Below, piece by piece: positions 31,532-40,348 of a DNA stretch of 64,000 nucleotides. Numbering within the stretch: position 1 is the first letter of the stretch; the number at the start of each line of letters is the position of its first letter. A program made the position numbers and the translations under genes. Source of the stretch: Desulfobacterales bacterium (lineage in GTDB: Bacteria > Desulfobacterota > Desulfobacteria > Desulfobacterales > Desulfosalsimonadaceae). The notes below the pieces were generated by a model that was not told where the DNA came from, ran no database searches, and worked only from the letters and a program-made list of their open reading frames with translations. The stretch lies in NCBI GenBank assembly GCA_963675805.2, contig CAXXNU010000019.1, positions 388,929 through 452,928 of the forward strand. Direction: 5' to 3'.

Positions 31532-31608
31532 GGGTCTGATTTATAAAGGGGAGGAGGTGAACTTTTCCCCGACATGTTTTTATTGGTACGAAATTCAGGA
31601 GGGTACGC

Positions 31609-33231
31609 GTGTTTAATCTCATTTCTCGCTTTAATAGAACTATTTACGTGTTCAATATATTATTATTGTTAATTATTATAATATCACAGCCGGCTTGTAA
31701 AATGTTGGGGGTACAAGATAAGTATCCTTTGATAACAGCCGCACAAACCGGTGATATCATCAAAGCAGAAGAATCCCTGAAAAAAAACGCAGATATAAAT
31801 TACGTGAATGAAAACGGCGAATTCGCCCTGCTGCAAGCTTCGGCAAGTGGTAATCTGGAAATGGTGCAATTGTTGATTGGTAATGGTGCCGATGTAAATC
31901 TGTCAAACCAGTTGGGTATGACAGCCCTGATGGCAGCGGCTTCGGGTGACAATGATGCGCTGATCAGTTATCTAATTGAAAGCGGCGCTGACCTGACTTT
32001 AAACAATAATAAAGGCTTTACTGCACTTTATTTTGCGATTAATGGGGAGAATAAAAGTGCAGTCCAATTATTGATTAGTCGCGGTGCGTCTGTAAACGAT
32101 TCAGGCATTTATGGCAATTCACCGCTTTTTCTTGCAGTACAAAAGGGAAACAAAGATATCGCAGACCTCCTTATTGAAAATGGCGCCGATCTCAATAGAA
32201 AGGATTCCTTTGAAAATACGGTATTGAATGTGGCTGCAAACACTGCAAATTATGACCTGGTGAAGCGACTTGTTGAAAGCGGGGCGGATATACATATTTC
32301 AAATAAAATTGGCGAAAATGGATTTTTATTATCTGCCGGAGCTGAACATAAAACAATTGTCAATAATATTTATGAGCGTGTTCGTAAGGCAGCTCCCCGA
32401 GCACCTGTTGAAAATTTTACAAGTGAGGCTTTGCCGGAAAAATATGATTTTTTCATTATATTACAGATATTGGAAGCTATCAAACCGGGACATAGTACCA
32501 AAAACGAAATGAAACTTTTTTTTGAGGCACTCGATAAAAGTGCATTGGCGATTGATATCCCTGAGGACAGATTTCATTCTATTGTCGATCAAATAAACAA
32601 AGATTATCTCGCAATTGTTAATTTGTTTCTGCAAAATGGCGAGGATGTGAATATCCGAGATAATGAATACCAATCCGCAATAATGAAAATTTGTAAACAG
32701 CACAAAGGACTATCCTTTGTTTTTGAAGATAAATTAATTACTTTGGAACCTGAAATTAAAAAGAGGTTTAAAAAAGCATGCAATATTGCGAAAAGCATTC
32801 ACATTCAGATAATACAATTATTGATAGATAGCGGTGCGGATGTCAACATGCAGGATAAAAACGGTCAGACACCATTAATGCTGGCTTGTTCAAATGGGCA
32901 TTTTGAATATGCCAAAGCTTTGGTTGCTGAAGGTGCTGATATCAATCACGCTAGTATAGAAGGATGGACACCGTTAATTAATGCTGCTTCTGCTGAGGCT
33001 ATGGAAATATCACAAATGCTGATTGCCAATGGTGCCGATGTGAACGCGAAGAATAATTTTGGTGAAACAGCGCTTTTAAAATCGGTTTACCGGAACAATA
33101 TTTCGCTGGTGAGTCTTCTGCTAAAAAACGGCGCCAATGTCCATATTGCGAATTCACTAGGAGATTCTCCCCTAAAGGTCGCTGAAAAAAAAGGGTATTT
33201 AGAAATTATGAATATGTTGAAATCATATTGA
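31609..33231 (+). CDS. Exported/membrane-anchored ankyrin-repeat protein
   Basis: GTG start, 5 nt after AGGAGGG. N-terminal hydrophobic anchor with a possible lipobox (SQPAC). There are about 6-7 ANK repeats (GMTALMAAASGDNDALISYLIESGADL...), then a non-ANK insert of about 140 aa, then 4 more ANK repeats (GQTPLMLACSNGHFEYAKALVAEGADI...). Confidence 0.75.
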   Translation: MFNLISRFNRTIYVFNILLLLIIIISQPACKMLGVQDKYPLITAAQTGDIIKAEESLKKNADINYVNENGEFALLQASASGNLEMVQLLIGNGADVNLSNQLGMTALMAAASGDNDALISYLIESGADLTLNNNKGFTALYFAINGENKSAVQLLISRGASVNDSGIYGNSPLFLAVQKGNKDIADLLIENGADLNRKDSFENTVLNVAANTANYDLVKRLVESGADIHISNKIGENGFLLSAGAEHKTIVNNIYERVRKAAPRAPVENFTSEALPEKYDFFIILQILEAIKPGHSTKNEMKLFFEALDKSALAIDIPEDRFHSIVDQINKDYLAIVNLFLQNGEDVNIRDNEYQSAIMKICKQHKGLSFVFEDKLITLEPEIKKRFKKACNIAKSIHIQIIQLLIDSGADVNMQDKNGQTPLMLACSNGHFEYAKALVAEGADINHASIEGWTPLINAASAEAMEISQMLIANGADVNAKNNFGETALLKSVYRNNISLVSLLLKNGANVHIANSLGDSPLKVAEKKGYLEIMNMLKSY

Positions 33232-33266
33232 TGTTTTAGCTGGTATCGGAATGGTTGTTTAGATAA

Positions 33267-33645
<379 letters not shown>

Positions 33646-33672
33646 GGAGTAATTAGTCGCTGACGTAGGTAG

Positions 33673-34239
33673 ATGAACGCAGATTCTTCTGATGAAATGG
33701 ATAGACTTGTGGACTATTTTGTGCATGAATTCAGCTATGTTGATGAAAAGGTTGGCATTGGTTCCGGAACAAAAATTTGGCATTTTTGTCATATTATTGC
33801 AGGGTAAATAATTGGCGAAAAGTGTAGTATAGGGCAGAATGTTGTGATCGGACCGGATGTGATTATCGGTAACGGTTGTAAAATACAGAATAATGTGTCT
33901 GTCTATAAAGGTGTTACGCTGGAAGACGATGTGTTTTGCGGGCCTTCAATGGTTTTTACTAATGTTTTTAACCCCAGGGCGCATATCCGGCGAATGGATG
34001 AGGCAAAATCGACTATCGTCAAACGGGGAACAACACTTGGAGCGAATTGCACCATTGTATGCGGAAACATAATAGGGGCGTATGCGTTTGTGGGAGCAGG
34101 TGCAGTTGTGACAAAGGATGTCCCGGATTATGGTTTGGTCGCAGGCAATCCGGCAAAGCAGATTGGCTGGGGATGTCAATGTGGTGAGAAGTTGTCGGAA
34201 GATTTGATTTGTTCCGCCTGCGGTTGGTACAAAGATTAG
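33673..34239 (+). pseudogene. WbpD/WlbB-like LbH N-acetyltransferase interrupted by an in-frame TAA
   Basis: From ATG 33673 the frame reads ...VHEFSYVDEKVGIGSGTKIWHFCHIIAG-TAA(33805..33807)[18 protein letters not shown]... and continues to 34239. The track shows only the distal 131 aa (33844..34239). Confidence 0.7.
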
Positions 34240-34279
34240 GACGTGCTCGGTCCCTTCAAGGAAAATACAGGAAGACTTC

Positions 34280-35239
34280 ATGAAATTAATTGTTCAGATC
34301 CCATGTTTGAATGAGGAGAAGACCCTGCCGGAGACGGTAAAGGATGTTCCCCGAAAAATAGAAGGCATTGATTTGGTTGAAATCCTTATCATCGACGACG
34401 GCAGCACGGACCGCACTGTGGCTGTAGCACGGGAGTTGGGGGTAGATCATATCGTTCAAAATACCGGCAACAAAGGCTTGGCCATGTCATTTATGAATGG
34501 GCTGGAAGCCTGCCTGCGGCTGGGCGCGGACATCGTTGTGAATACGGACGGAGACAATCAGTATAGCGGCAGGGATATTCCAAAGCTGGTGGCGCCCATT
34601 CTTCAGGGGCAGGCGGATATCGTGGTGGGGGACCGTCAGACCGATTCTATTGCGCATTTCAGTTTTTTCAAAAAAAAGCTTCAGAAATTAGGGAGCTGGA
34701 TTGTTAGAAGGCTTTCCGGAACCAGTGTCCCGGACACGGTGAGCGGGTTCCGGGCCTTTTCTCGGGCGGCTGCTATGCAGATTAATGTGATCTCCACCTA
34801 TTCATATACCGTGGAAACCATTATTCAGGCCGGTAACAAGCGTCTTGCCATTACCAGCGTTCCAGTAAGGACCAATCCCAGAACCCGTGAATCCCGACTC
34901 GTGAAAAGCATTCCGAAGTTTATCATGTACCAGATGTCGACCATGGTGCGGATGTATGCCATGTTTCGGCCCTTACGAACGTTTTTCATGATCGGCGGGG
35001 TTTTGATTGGCGCGGCAATGATTCCGTCGATGCGATTTTTGTATTTCTATATGTTGGGGGAGGGTGGCGGGCACATCCAGTCCCTGATTCTGTCGACCAT
35101 TTTGTTTATCACAGGCTTTCAGGTATTGATTGTGGGGCTTCTCGGGGATGTGATTTCATCCAATCGTAAGCTGATTGAAGAGGTGCTGGTGCGGGTGAGA
35201 AAAATGGAAACCGATTTTTTTGAAAGCAAAAAAGAATGA
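34280..35239 (+). CDS. Glycosyltransferase family 2 with C-terminal TM helices (DPM1/GtrB-like)
   Basis: IVQIPCLNEEKTLPETV...ILIIDDGSTDRTV...NTDGDNQY, plus two C-terminal TM helices. Confidence 0.75.
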   Translation: MKLIVQIPCLNEEKTLPETVKDVPRKIEGIDLVEILIIDDGSTDRTVAVARELGVDHIVQNTGNKGLAMSFMNGLEACLRLGADIVVNTDGDNQYSGRDIPKLVAPILQGQADIVVGDRQTDSIAHFSFFKKKLQKLGSWIVRRLSGTSVPDTVSGFRAFSRAAAMQINVISTYSYTVETIIQAGNKRLAITSVPVRTNPRTRESRLVKSIPKFIMYQMSTMVRMYAMFRPLRTFFMIGGVLIGAAMIPSMRFLYFYMLGEGGGHIQSLILSTILFITGFQVLIVGLLGDVISSNRKLIEEVLVRVRKMETDFFESKKE

Positions 35240-35323
35240 ATGGACCGTTTCGTGGCATAATGTAACAATTTGAAGGTTTTTGTCTGTTAATTAATCCGGC
35301 AACGAAATATTCAAAAGCCCGTT

Positions 35324-35378
35324 ATTCCGGCGAAAGCCGGAATCCGGAGAAATACTGGATGCCGGATCAAGTCCGGCA
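35324..35378. repeat. REP-like double hairpin element
   Basis: ATTCCGGC-GAAA-GCCGGAAT (35324-35343) and TGCCGGA-TCAAG-TCCGGCA (35360-35378). It lies between the convergent GT2 and relE genes. It produces the artefactual peptide ...IPAFAGITGF in track ORF 35311..35532. Confidence 0.6.
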
Positions 35379-35407
35379 TGACGGAGTTCCAGTAATTAAT
35401 CGCCGGG

Positions 35408-35683
35408 TTAATAAATTCGTTTATAAACTTCCCGGCGATGACCAACAGCAAGAACCAGGATAACAATTTTTTCGTCTTGTATTTCACATAGCACTCTGTA
35501 ATTTCCGATCCGATAGCGCCACAGGCCGGCATGGTTTCCTTTTAACGGCTCGCCAAAATGACGCGGGTTTTTGCAGTTTTCAAGCCGATCCTCAAGCCAG
35601 TCGAGTATGCGTTTTTGAATGGATCGATCAATCTTGCGCAGTTGCCGTTCAGCGATATTGCTGATTTCAACGGTCCAGGCCAA
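35408..35683 (-). CDS. Type II toxin, RelE/ParE family
   Basis: 91 aa. ERQLRKIDRSIQKRILDWLEDRL...PLKGNHAGLWRYRIGNYRVLCEIQDEKIVILVLAVGHRREVY. Confidence 0.85.
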   Translation of the reverse strand: MAWTVEISNIAERQLRKIDRSIQKRILDWLEDRLENCKNPRHFGEPLKGNHAGLWRYRIGNYRVLCEIQDEKIVILVLAVGHRREVYKRIY

Positions 35684-35879
35684 GTTCTTTTCTCAATTGA
35701 GTCAAAGATTTATGGCTGGTTGTCTGCTCTTTCGCCTCTGTCGCCAGTTCCAGGTCCTCTGCGTCTTCCAAATAACGCAGGATTGCCTCTCGAACCAATG
35801 CACTGCGGTTGCTACCACGCTTTTTAGCGAGAGCCGTCAGATCTTCTTCAATTTTAATGTCTAATCGAATGGCAAGCAT
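35667..35879 (-). CDS. Ribbon-helix-helix (CopG/RelB-like) antitoxin
   Basis: 70 aa. The N-terminal RHH is MLAIRLDIKIEEDLTALAKKRGSNRSALVREAILRYLED. Overlaps the toxin start by 17 nt. Confidence 0.8.
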   Translation of the reverse strand: MLAIRLDIKIEEDLTALAKKRGSNRSALVREAILRYLEDAEDLELATEAKEQTTSHKSLTQLRKELGLDR

Positions 35880-35906
35880 ATTTTATTTTTTTCCTGTCAG
35901 TTTTTT

Positions 35907-35944
35907 GTTATACATTGTATAACGCTTTCTTGAAGATTTGTCAA
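35907..35944 (-). promoter_or_regulatory. Putative sigma70-type promoter with palindromic operator for the TA operon
   Basis: On the minus strand: TTGACA (35944..35939), 17-19 nt spacer, then TATACA/TACAAT. The -10 is embedded in the perfect palindrome GTTATACA-T-TGTATAAC (35907..35923), 28 nt upstream of the antitoxin ATG. Confidence 0.5.
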
Positions 35945-36050
35945 CAGGTTAAAACGTCAGGGCATAATTGACTTTTCATTTCCTGAAACTTAGACTATTC
36001 TTGAGTATGATGATTGCAATATTCCATAAAAATAATAAACGGGGTTTTTA

Positions 36051-37250
36051 ATGCAAAGCGTGTTGATCGAAAAGAAAATTGTCCTGTGTGTCTGCGGGGG
36101 CATCGCGGCCTATAAAAGTGTGGAACTGCTGCGGCTGTTTCAGAAAGCCGGGGCGGATGTGAAAGTGGTGATGACGCAAAATGCAGCCCAGTTTGTGGGT
36201 CCAATGACCTTTGAAGCCATTTCCGGGCATCCCGTGTTTTCCGGTATGTACGGAGGCAACCCGGATGCCCAAATGCGGCATATTGCCTGGGCTGAAACCG
36301 CAGACACAGTGGTGATCGCGCCGGCTACGGCCAATATCATCGGTAAACTGGCAAACGGCATTGCGGATGATGCCATGACCACCTTTATGCTGGCGGTCAC
36401 CGCGCCCAAAATTATTTGCCCCTCTATGAATACTCATATGTATGAGAATCGGGCCTTGCAGCGGAATCTGGATGTTTTGGAAGGGAACGGGTTTGCCATA
36501 GTGGATCCCGGGGAAGGGGAGCTGGCTTGCGGGGCAGTGGGTGCCGGGCGGCTGCCGGAGCCGGAATATATTTTTGACCGGGTGGCAAGCATTTTTATAC
36601 CAAAGGATTTTAAAGGAAAAAAGGTGTTGGTAACAGCCGGACCCACCCGGGAATTTATTGATCCGGTAAGGTTTGTCAGTAATCCCTCGTCCGGAAAAAT
36701 GGGATATGCCGTGGCAAAGGCCGCGGCCGACCGGGGCGGGGATGTGGTACTGGTATCCGGTCCCACAGCGTTGAATACGCCATTTGGTGTGCAGCGGGTG
36801 GATGTGACAAGTGCCGCGGAAATGGCGGCCGCGGTTTTTGAGCGCATGGAAGATGCGGATGTTATTGTCAAGGTGGCGGCAGTTTCCGATTATAGGCCGC
36901 TTGATATCGCAGACCATAAAATCAAAAAAGGCGAGGGCGGTATCTCGGTTGAGATGGCGAGAACAACGGATATTCTGGCGGAATTGGGCCGGCGCAAAAA
37001 GCAGCATCAGGTTCTGGTGGGTTTTGCCGCGGAAACCCAAAATCTCGAACAAAATGCTATAGAAAAACTGAAAAAAAAGAATCTGGATATGATCGCGGGC
37101 AATCTGGTATGCGGGCCGGAATCCGGATTTTGCGCGGATACCAACCGGATTAATTTGTTTTTTAAAGACGGAACGGTTGAGGAATTGCCGGTGATGGATA
37201 AAAGTAGCGCTGCCCATTTGCTGTTGGATAGAATTAAAGAATTGAATTAG
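36051..37250 (+). CDS. coaBC: Bifunctional phosphopantothenoylcysteine decarboxylase / phosphopantothenate-cysteine ligase
   Basis: KIVLCVCGGIAAYKSVELLRLFQKAGADVKVVMTQNAAQFV...PATANIIGKLANGIADD (flavoprotein half) plus VTAGPTREFIDPVRFVSNPSSGKMG (ligase half). Confidence 0.9.
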   Translation: MQSVLIEKKIVLCVCGGIAAYKSVELLRLFQKAGADVKVVMTQNAAQFVGPMTFEAISGHPVFSGMYGGNPDAQMRHIAWAETADTVVIAPATANIIGKLANGIADDAMTTFMLAVTAPKIICPSMNTHMYENRALQRNLDVLEGNGFAIVDPGEGELACGAVGAGRLPEPEYIFDRVASIFIPKDFKGKKVLVTAGPTREFIDPVRFVSNPSSGKMGYAVAKAAADRGGDVVLVSGPTALNTPFGVQRVDVTSAAEMAAAVFERMEDADVIVKVAAVSDYRPLDIADHKIKKGEGGISVEMARTTDILAELGRRKKQHQVLVGFAAETQNLEQNAIEKLKKKNLDMIAGNLVCGPESGFCADTNRINLFFKDGTVEELPVMDKSSAAHLLLDRIKELN

Positions 37251-37321
37251 CTGCAGATGGACGCAGACAAACGCGGATGAACCTAAAAAAATATCTGCGT
37301 TTATCTGCGTGTATCCGTAGC
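37250..37321. repeat. Imperfect hairpin built from inverted decamer arrays
   Basis: The 3' arm is TATCTGCGTT TATCTGCGTG TATCCGTAGC (37292-37321). The 5' arm (37250-37279) is its imperfect reverse complement (CATCCGCGTT TGTCTGCGTC CATCTGCAGC when reversed). The element starts at the last base of the coaBC stop. Confidence 0.55.
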
Positions 37322-37371
37322 AAAAAAAGAATGGTTGATAATTGAGAATAAATAATTAGCCGCAGACACAG

Positions 37372-38115
37372 ATGGATAAAGAAGAATCAGGTGAAAGCGA
37401 TTTTGAGATGTTAAAGAGCCAGCAAAATAATCCATATCCCATGGCTGATTTATTTGAGAGTGTTTCAGGTTATCTTGAGTTTCTTTCTGATATCGGCTGT
37501 TCCGGGCTGGAGTGTCCGGATAGAATCCTTGAACAGGTTAATGCCTGGGGGCGGGATGCCGGAAAGACAGGCAGGAGTCCTTCCGGATTATTGAATGATT
37601 TTAAAAAATGCCGCAAATGTTCCTTGTCCGCATCCAGTCAGCGGATGATTTGCGGTGAGGGCAATTCAAAGGCGCGTCTGGCAATTGTTGGCGGGGCTGC
37701 CAGCGCGGTAGATATGAAAACAGGAATACCTTACAGCGGAAAACCCGGCGAACTGCTGGATAAAATGCTGGCCGCCATAGGATTTGCCCGGGATGAGGTG
37801 TATATCACCCGGGCCTTAAAGTGCTGCCCGCCGCACAATCAAAAGCCAAACCCAGGGGATGTGAAAATCTGCCGGGCGTATCTGGAAAAAGAGCTGAAAT
37901 TGGTACGGCCCCTTATCATCTGTGCGTTTGGCGATATCGCTGCCATGGCCCTTTTGGAAACATCAGTGCCCCTGTCCGGCCTGCGCGGGCGGTTTCATGA
38001 TTTTAACGGAATGCAAGTGATGCCGACCTATTCGCCGGAATATCTTTTTGAAAACCCGGGCGCCAAGCGGCAGGCGTGGGAGGATTTAAAGCGGGTGATG
38101 GATGTGTTGAAATGA
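37372..38115 (+). CDS. udg: Uracil-DNA glycosylase, family 4
   Basis: CRKCSL...CGEGNSKARLAIVGGAAS...GIPYSGKPGELLDKMLAAIGFARDEVYITRALKCCPP. Confidence 0.8.
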   Translation: MDKEESGESDFEMLKSQQNNPYPMADLFESVSGYLEFLSDIGCSGLECPDRILEQVNAWGRDAGKTGRSPSGLLNDFKKCRKCSLSASSQRMICGEGNSKARLAIVGGAASAVDMKTGIPYSGKPGELLDKMLAAIGFARDEVYITRALKCCPPHNQKPNPGDVKICRAYLEKELKLVRPLIICAFGDIAAMALLETSVPLSGLRGRFHDFNGMQVMPTYSPEYLFENPGAKRQAWEDLKRVMDVLK

Positions 38116-38284
38116 TTTGGGGGCACCCCAAATTATTGATTGACAATTCACCCAAATATTGTTTTAAAAAATTATAATTCAATTAGTTATATCCAATGGC
38201 GGGGGCGGCGGCCTCCGTTTTGTATTTTTGATCTTTAACAGTTTTTATTGAAATATAAAAAATCAGAAAGGAGTGAAGGCGAAC

Positions 38285-38617
38285 ATGGCAAAAGACAAAA
38301 AACAAGTTAAGGAAAAACCCCTTGAAAAAATGACCGCTACCGAACTCCGTGAAGTTGCAAAGGAAATACCGGGAATTACCGGCGCCCACGGAATGAATAA
38401 GTCCGAGCTGATTGCGGAAATCAAACAAGCCCGGGGCATAGAGGATACGGGTTCCAAAAAACGCGCTGACGCCGCCACCATCCGGCAAATTAAAGCCAAA
38501 ATAACAGATCTTAAAAAGCAGCGGATTGAAGTGAAGGCCAAGAACGACAAAAAAAGAGCGGATATTTTAAGAAAAAAAATCAACCGGTTAAAAAAACAGA
38601 CCCGGAAAGCCGGATAA
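38285..38617 (+). CDS. Small Lys-rich protein with Rho-N/SAP-like helix-extended-helix motif
   Basis: ATG 38285 is preceded by AAAGGAG. KMTATELREVAKEIPGITGAHGMNKSELIAEIKQA resembles the Rho N-terminal domain motif. The rest is K/R-rich. Confidence 0.55.
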   Translation: MAKDKKQVKEKPLEKMTATELREVAKEIPGITGAHGMNKSELIAEIKQARGIEDTGSKKRADAATIRQIKAKITDLKKQRIEVKAKNDKKRADILRKKINRLKKQTRKAG

Positions 38618-38697
38618 GGGAATAGTTTAACGGCTGAAACGGGCGGGAACCGGGATCGTCAATTTTTTGGGATGAAGCCGGCAAAGGCTGTGTTTCA

Positions 38698-39648
38698 ATG
38701 AAGCATGCGTCATTAAAACAATTGCTGGATACCTTTGTGGATTTTCTTTCCACGGAAAAAGGGTATTCAGACAACACCTGCCGCGCGTACGCCAATGATC
38801 TGGAAGATTTCATCGCCTATTTTCTGTCCAACCGGGCTCTGGCGGTCACCTATGAAGATGACGGCGACAAGGAATATGATGCCGGTGATGTGGCGTCGAT
38901 TAGCGGACTGATGATCCGCGGCTATTTAGGTGTTTTGCACAAGCAGAAAATTAAAAAAACCTCCGTGGCCCGGAAGCTTTCCGCCATCCGGTCGTTTTTA
39001 AAATTTCTGGAGCGGCACGGGGTGATTGCGGACAATCCCGCGGTTTTGGTCATCACCCCGAAACAGGACAAGCCGATTCCCAGGTATTTGACCGTGGATG
39101 ATATGTTTCGGCTGCTGGATGCCATCAAGACCGAGAGCCTGATCGGGAAAAGGAACCGGGCGCTGCTTGAGACCATGTATTCCACCGGCATCCGCGTGTC
39201 GGAACTGGTGGGTCTCAATGTTGCGGATGTTGATTTTGCGGGCAAAACCATCCGGGTGACCGGTAAAGGAAATGTGGAGCGGATTGTGCCCATCGGCGCA
39301 AAATCTTTGGCCCTGATCCAGGATTACCGGAAAAGTCTCCATGTGCAGAAGGCGGTGGCGGCGGATCATAAAGGGGCATTGTTTTTGAATAAAAACAGGG
39401 GACGGCTTTCGGCGCGGTCGGTGGCCCGGATTCTTGAGAAATCCGCCCGGGCCGCAGGCCTTGATGTGCCGGTGGCACCCCATGATCTGCGGCATTCCTA
39501 TGCGACGCATATGCTGGATGCCGGGCTGGATTTGCGGGCGGTGCAGGAGCTTCTTGGGCATAAACAACTGTCCACCACCCAGAAATATACCCATGTGAGC
39601 ATTGACCGGCTGATGGCGGCTTACGACGCCGCGCATCCCCGCAAATGA
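38698..39648 (+). CDS. xerC: Tyrosine recombinase XerC
   Basis: LSTEKGYSDNTCRAYANDLEDF and the catalytic region HDLRHSYATHMLDAGLDLRAVQELLGHKQLSTTQKYTHV. It lies directly upstream of hslVU, the conserved xerC/codV-hslV-hslU arrangement. Confidence 0.85.
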   Translation: MKHASLKQLLDTFVDFLSTEKGYSDNTCRAYANDLEDFIAYFLSNRALAVTYEDDGDKEYDAGDVASISGLMIRGYLGVLHKQKIKKTSVARKLSAIRSFLKFLERHGVIADNPAVLVITPKQDKPIPRYLTVDDMFRLLDAIKTESLIGKRNRALLETMYSTGIRVSELVGLNVADVDFAGKTIRVTGKGNVERIVPIGAKSLALIQDYRKSLHVQKAVAADHKGALFLNKNRGRLSARSVARILEKSARAAGLDVPVAPHDLRHSYATHMLDAGLDLRAVQELLGHKQLSTTQKYTHVSIDRLMAAYDAAHPRK

Positions 39649-39650
39649 CA

Positions 39651-39758
39651 GCTTTGTAAAAAGCTCAAATTCTGTGTTGCGCTGCATCCTTCGCTGCTTC
39701 ATTGTACGAAAAGTACGAATCATTGCGAAGGATTTGTGCACCTTGAATTTGATGCTTT
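39651..39758. repeat. Dispersed intergenic repeat, copy A (hairpin-forming)
   Basis: The first 51 nt match copy B (54085-) at 45/51 positions by my manual alignment. Internal stems are AAAAGCTCAAATTC / GAATTTGA(T)GCTTTT and ATCCTTCGC / GCGAAGGAT. Confidence 0.65.
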
Positions 39759-39805
39759 TATACTTTGCTGTCAAAATATCTGTGTAAGATGAAGAAAGTA
39801 AAAAC

Positions 39806-40348
39806 ATGATGAAATTCCATGGCACCACCATTCTGGCGGTGAATTATAAGGGTAAAATGGCGGTTGCCGGTGACGGCCAGGTGACATTGAACCATTCCGT
39901 GGTCAAGCATCATGCCCGCAAAGTCCGCCGGATTTATAATGACCGGATTGTGGTGGGGTTTGCCGGGGCCACGGCCGACGCGCTGACCTTGTCTGAAAAA
40001 CTTGAAGGCAAACTGGAACGGTATAATGGCAACCTGATCCGTGCCGCAGTTGAACTGGCCCGGGACTGGCGGACAGACAAGTATCTGCGCCGCCTGGAAG
40101 CCATGATGATTGCGGTGGATGCCGCCCAGATGCTGCTGATTTCCGGCAACGGGGATGTGATCGAACCGGACGGGGGCGTGCTTGCCATCGGGTCCGGCGG
40201 CGTGGCGGCCCAGGCAGCGGCCACCGGGATTTTGAATCATGCGGATTCATTGAATCTGACCGCCCGGGACATTGTGGAACAATCTATGCGAATCGCCGCC
40301 AGTATCTGCGTGTTTACCAATGATGTGGTGACGGTTGAGGAATTTTGA
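39806..40348 (+). CDS. hslV: ATP-dependent protease subunit HslV
   Basis: [12 protein letters not shown] (N-terminal Thr nucleophile after processing), [15 protein letters not shown]. Confidence 0.9.
   Translation: MMKFHGTTILAVNYKGKMAVAGDGQVTLNHSVVKHHARKVRRIYNDRIVVGFAGATADALTLSEKLEGKLERYNGNLIRAAVELARDWRTDKYLRRLEAMMIAVDAAQMLLISGNGDVIEPDGGVLAIGSGGVAAQAAATGILNHADSLNLTARDIVEQSMRIAASICVFTNDVVTVEEF

Noticed and set aside
33805-33807. In-frame TAA in the wbpD-like gene as programmed readthrough or recoding
   Set aside because: TAA is not a selenocysteine or pyrrolysine codon. No recoding signal is apparent. The adjacent wbpB-like gene is grossly degraded, so pseudogenisation (or a sequencing error) is the simpler explanation.
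35311-35532. 73-aa minus-strand ORF ending ...HPVFLRIPAFAGITGF
   Set aside because: Its C-terminal part is the translation of the REP-like double hairpin, and it overlaps the relE gene. It is a typical repeat-derived false ORF.
36048-37217. 389-aa ORF on the minus strand
   Set aside because: It is exactly antisense to coaBC, which has unmistakable family motifs. The translation is His/Arg/Gly/Pro-rich with no motif, as expected for an antisense frame in GC-richer coding DNA.
38140-38178. TTGACA and TATAAT hexamers upstream of the small Lys-rich gene
   Set aside because: The two hexamers are 27 nt apart, which is too far for a sigma70 promoter. No alternative pairing with proper spacing was found.
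38698-39648. Tyrosine recombinase as a marker of an integrated mobile element (tRNA genes are also nearby at 50.8 kb)
   Set aside because: The gene sits in the conserved xerC-hslV-hslU arrangement and looks like the chromosomal dimer-resolution recombinase. No att-like direct repeats, phage genes or transposase genes were seen around it or next to the tRNA genes.
38998-39831. 277-aa minus-strand ORF
   Set aside because: It is antisense to xerC and also runs through the intergenic repeat at 39651-39758. The xerC frame carries the full tyrosine-recombinase catalytic signature.
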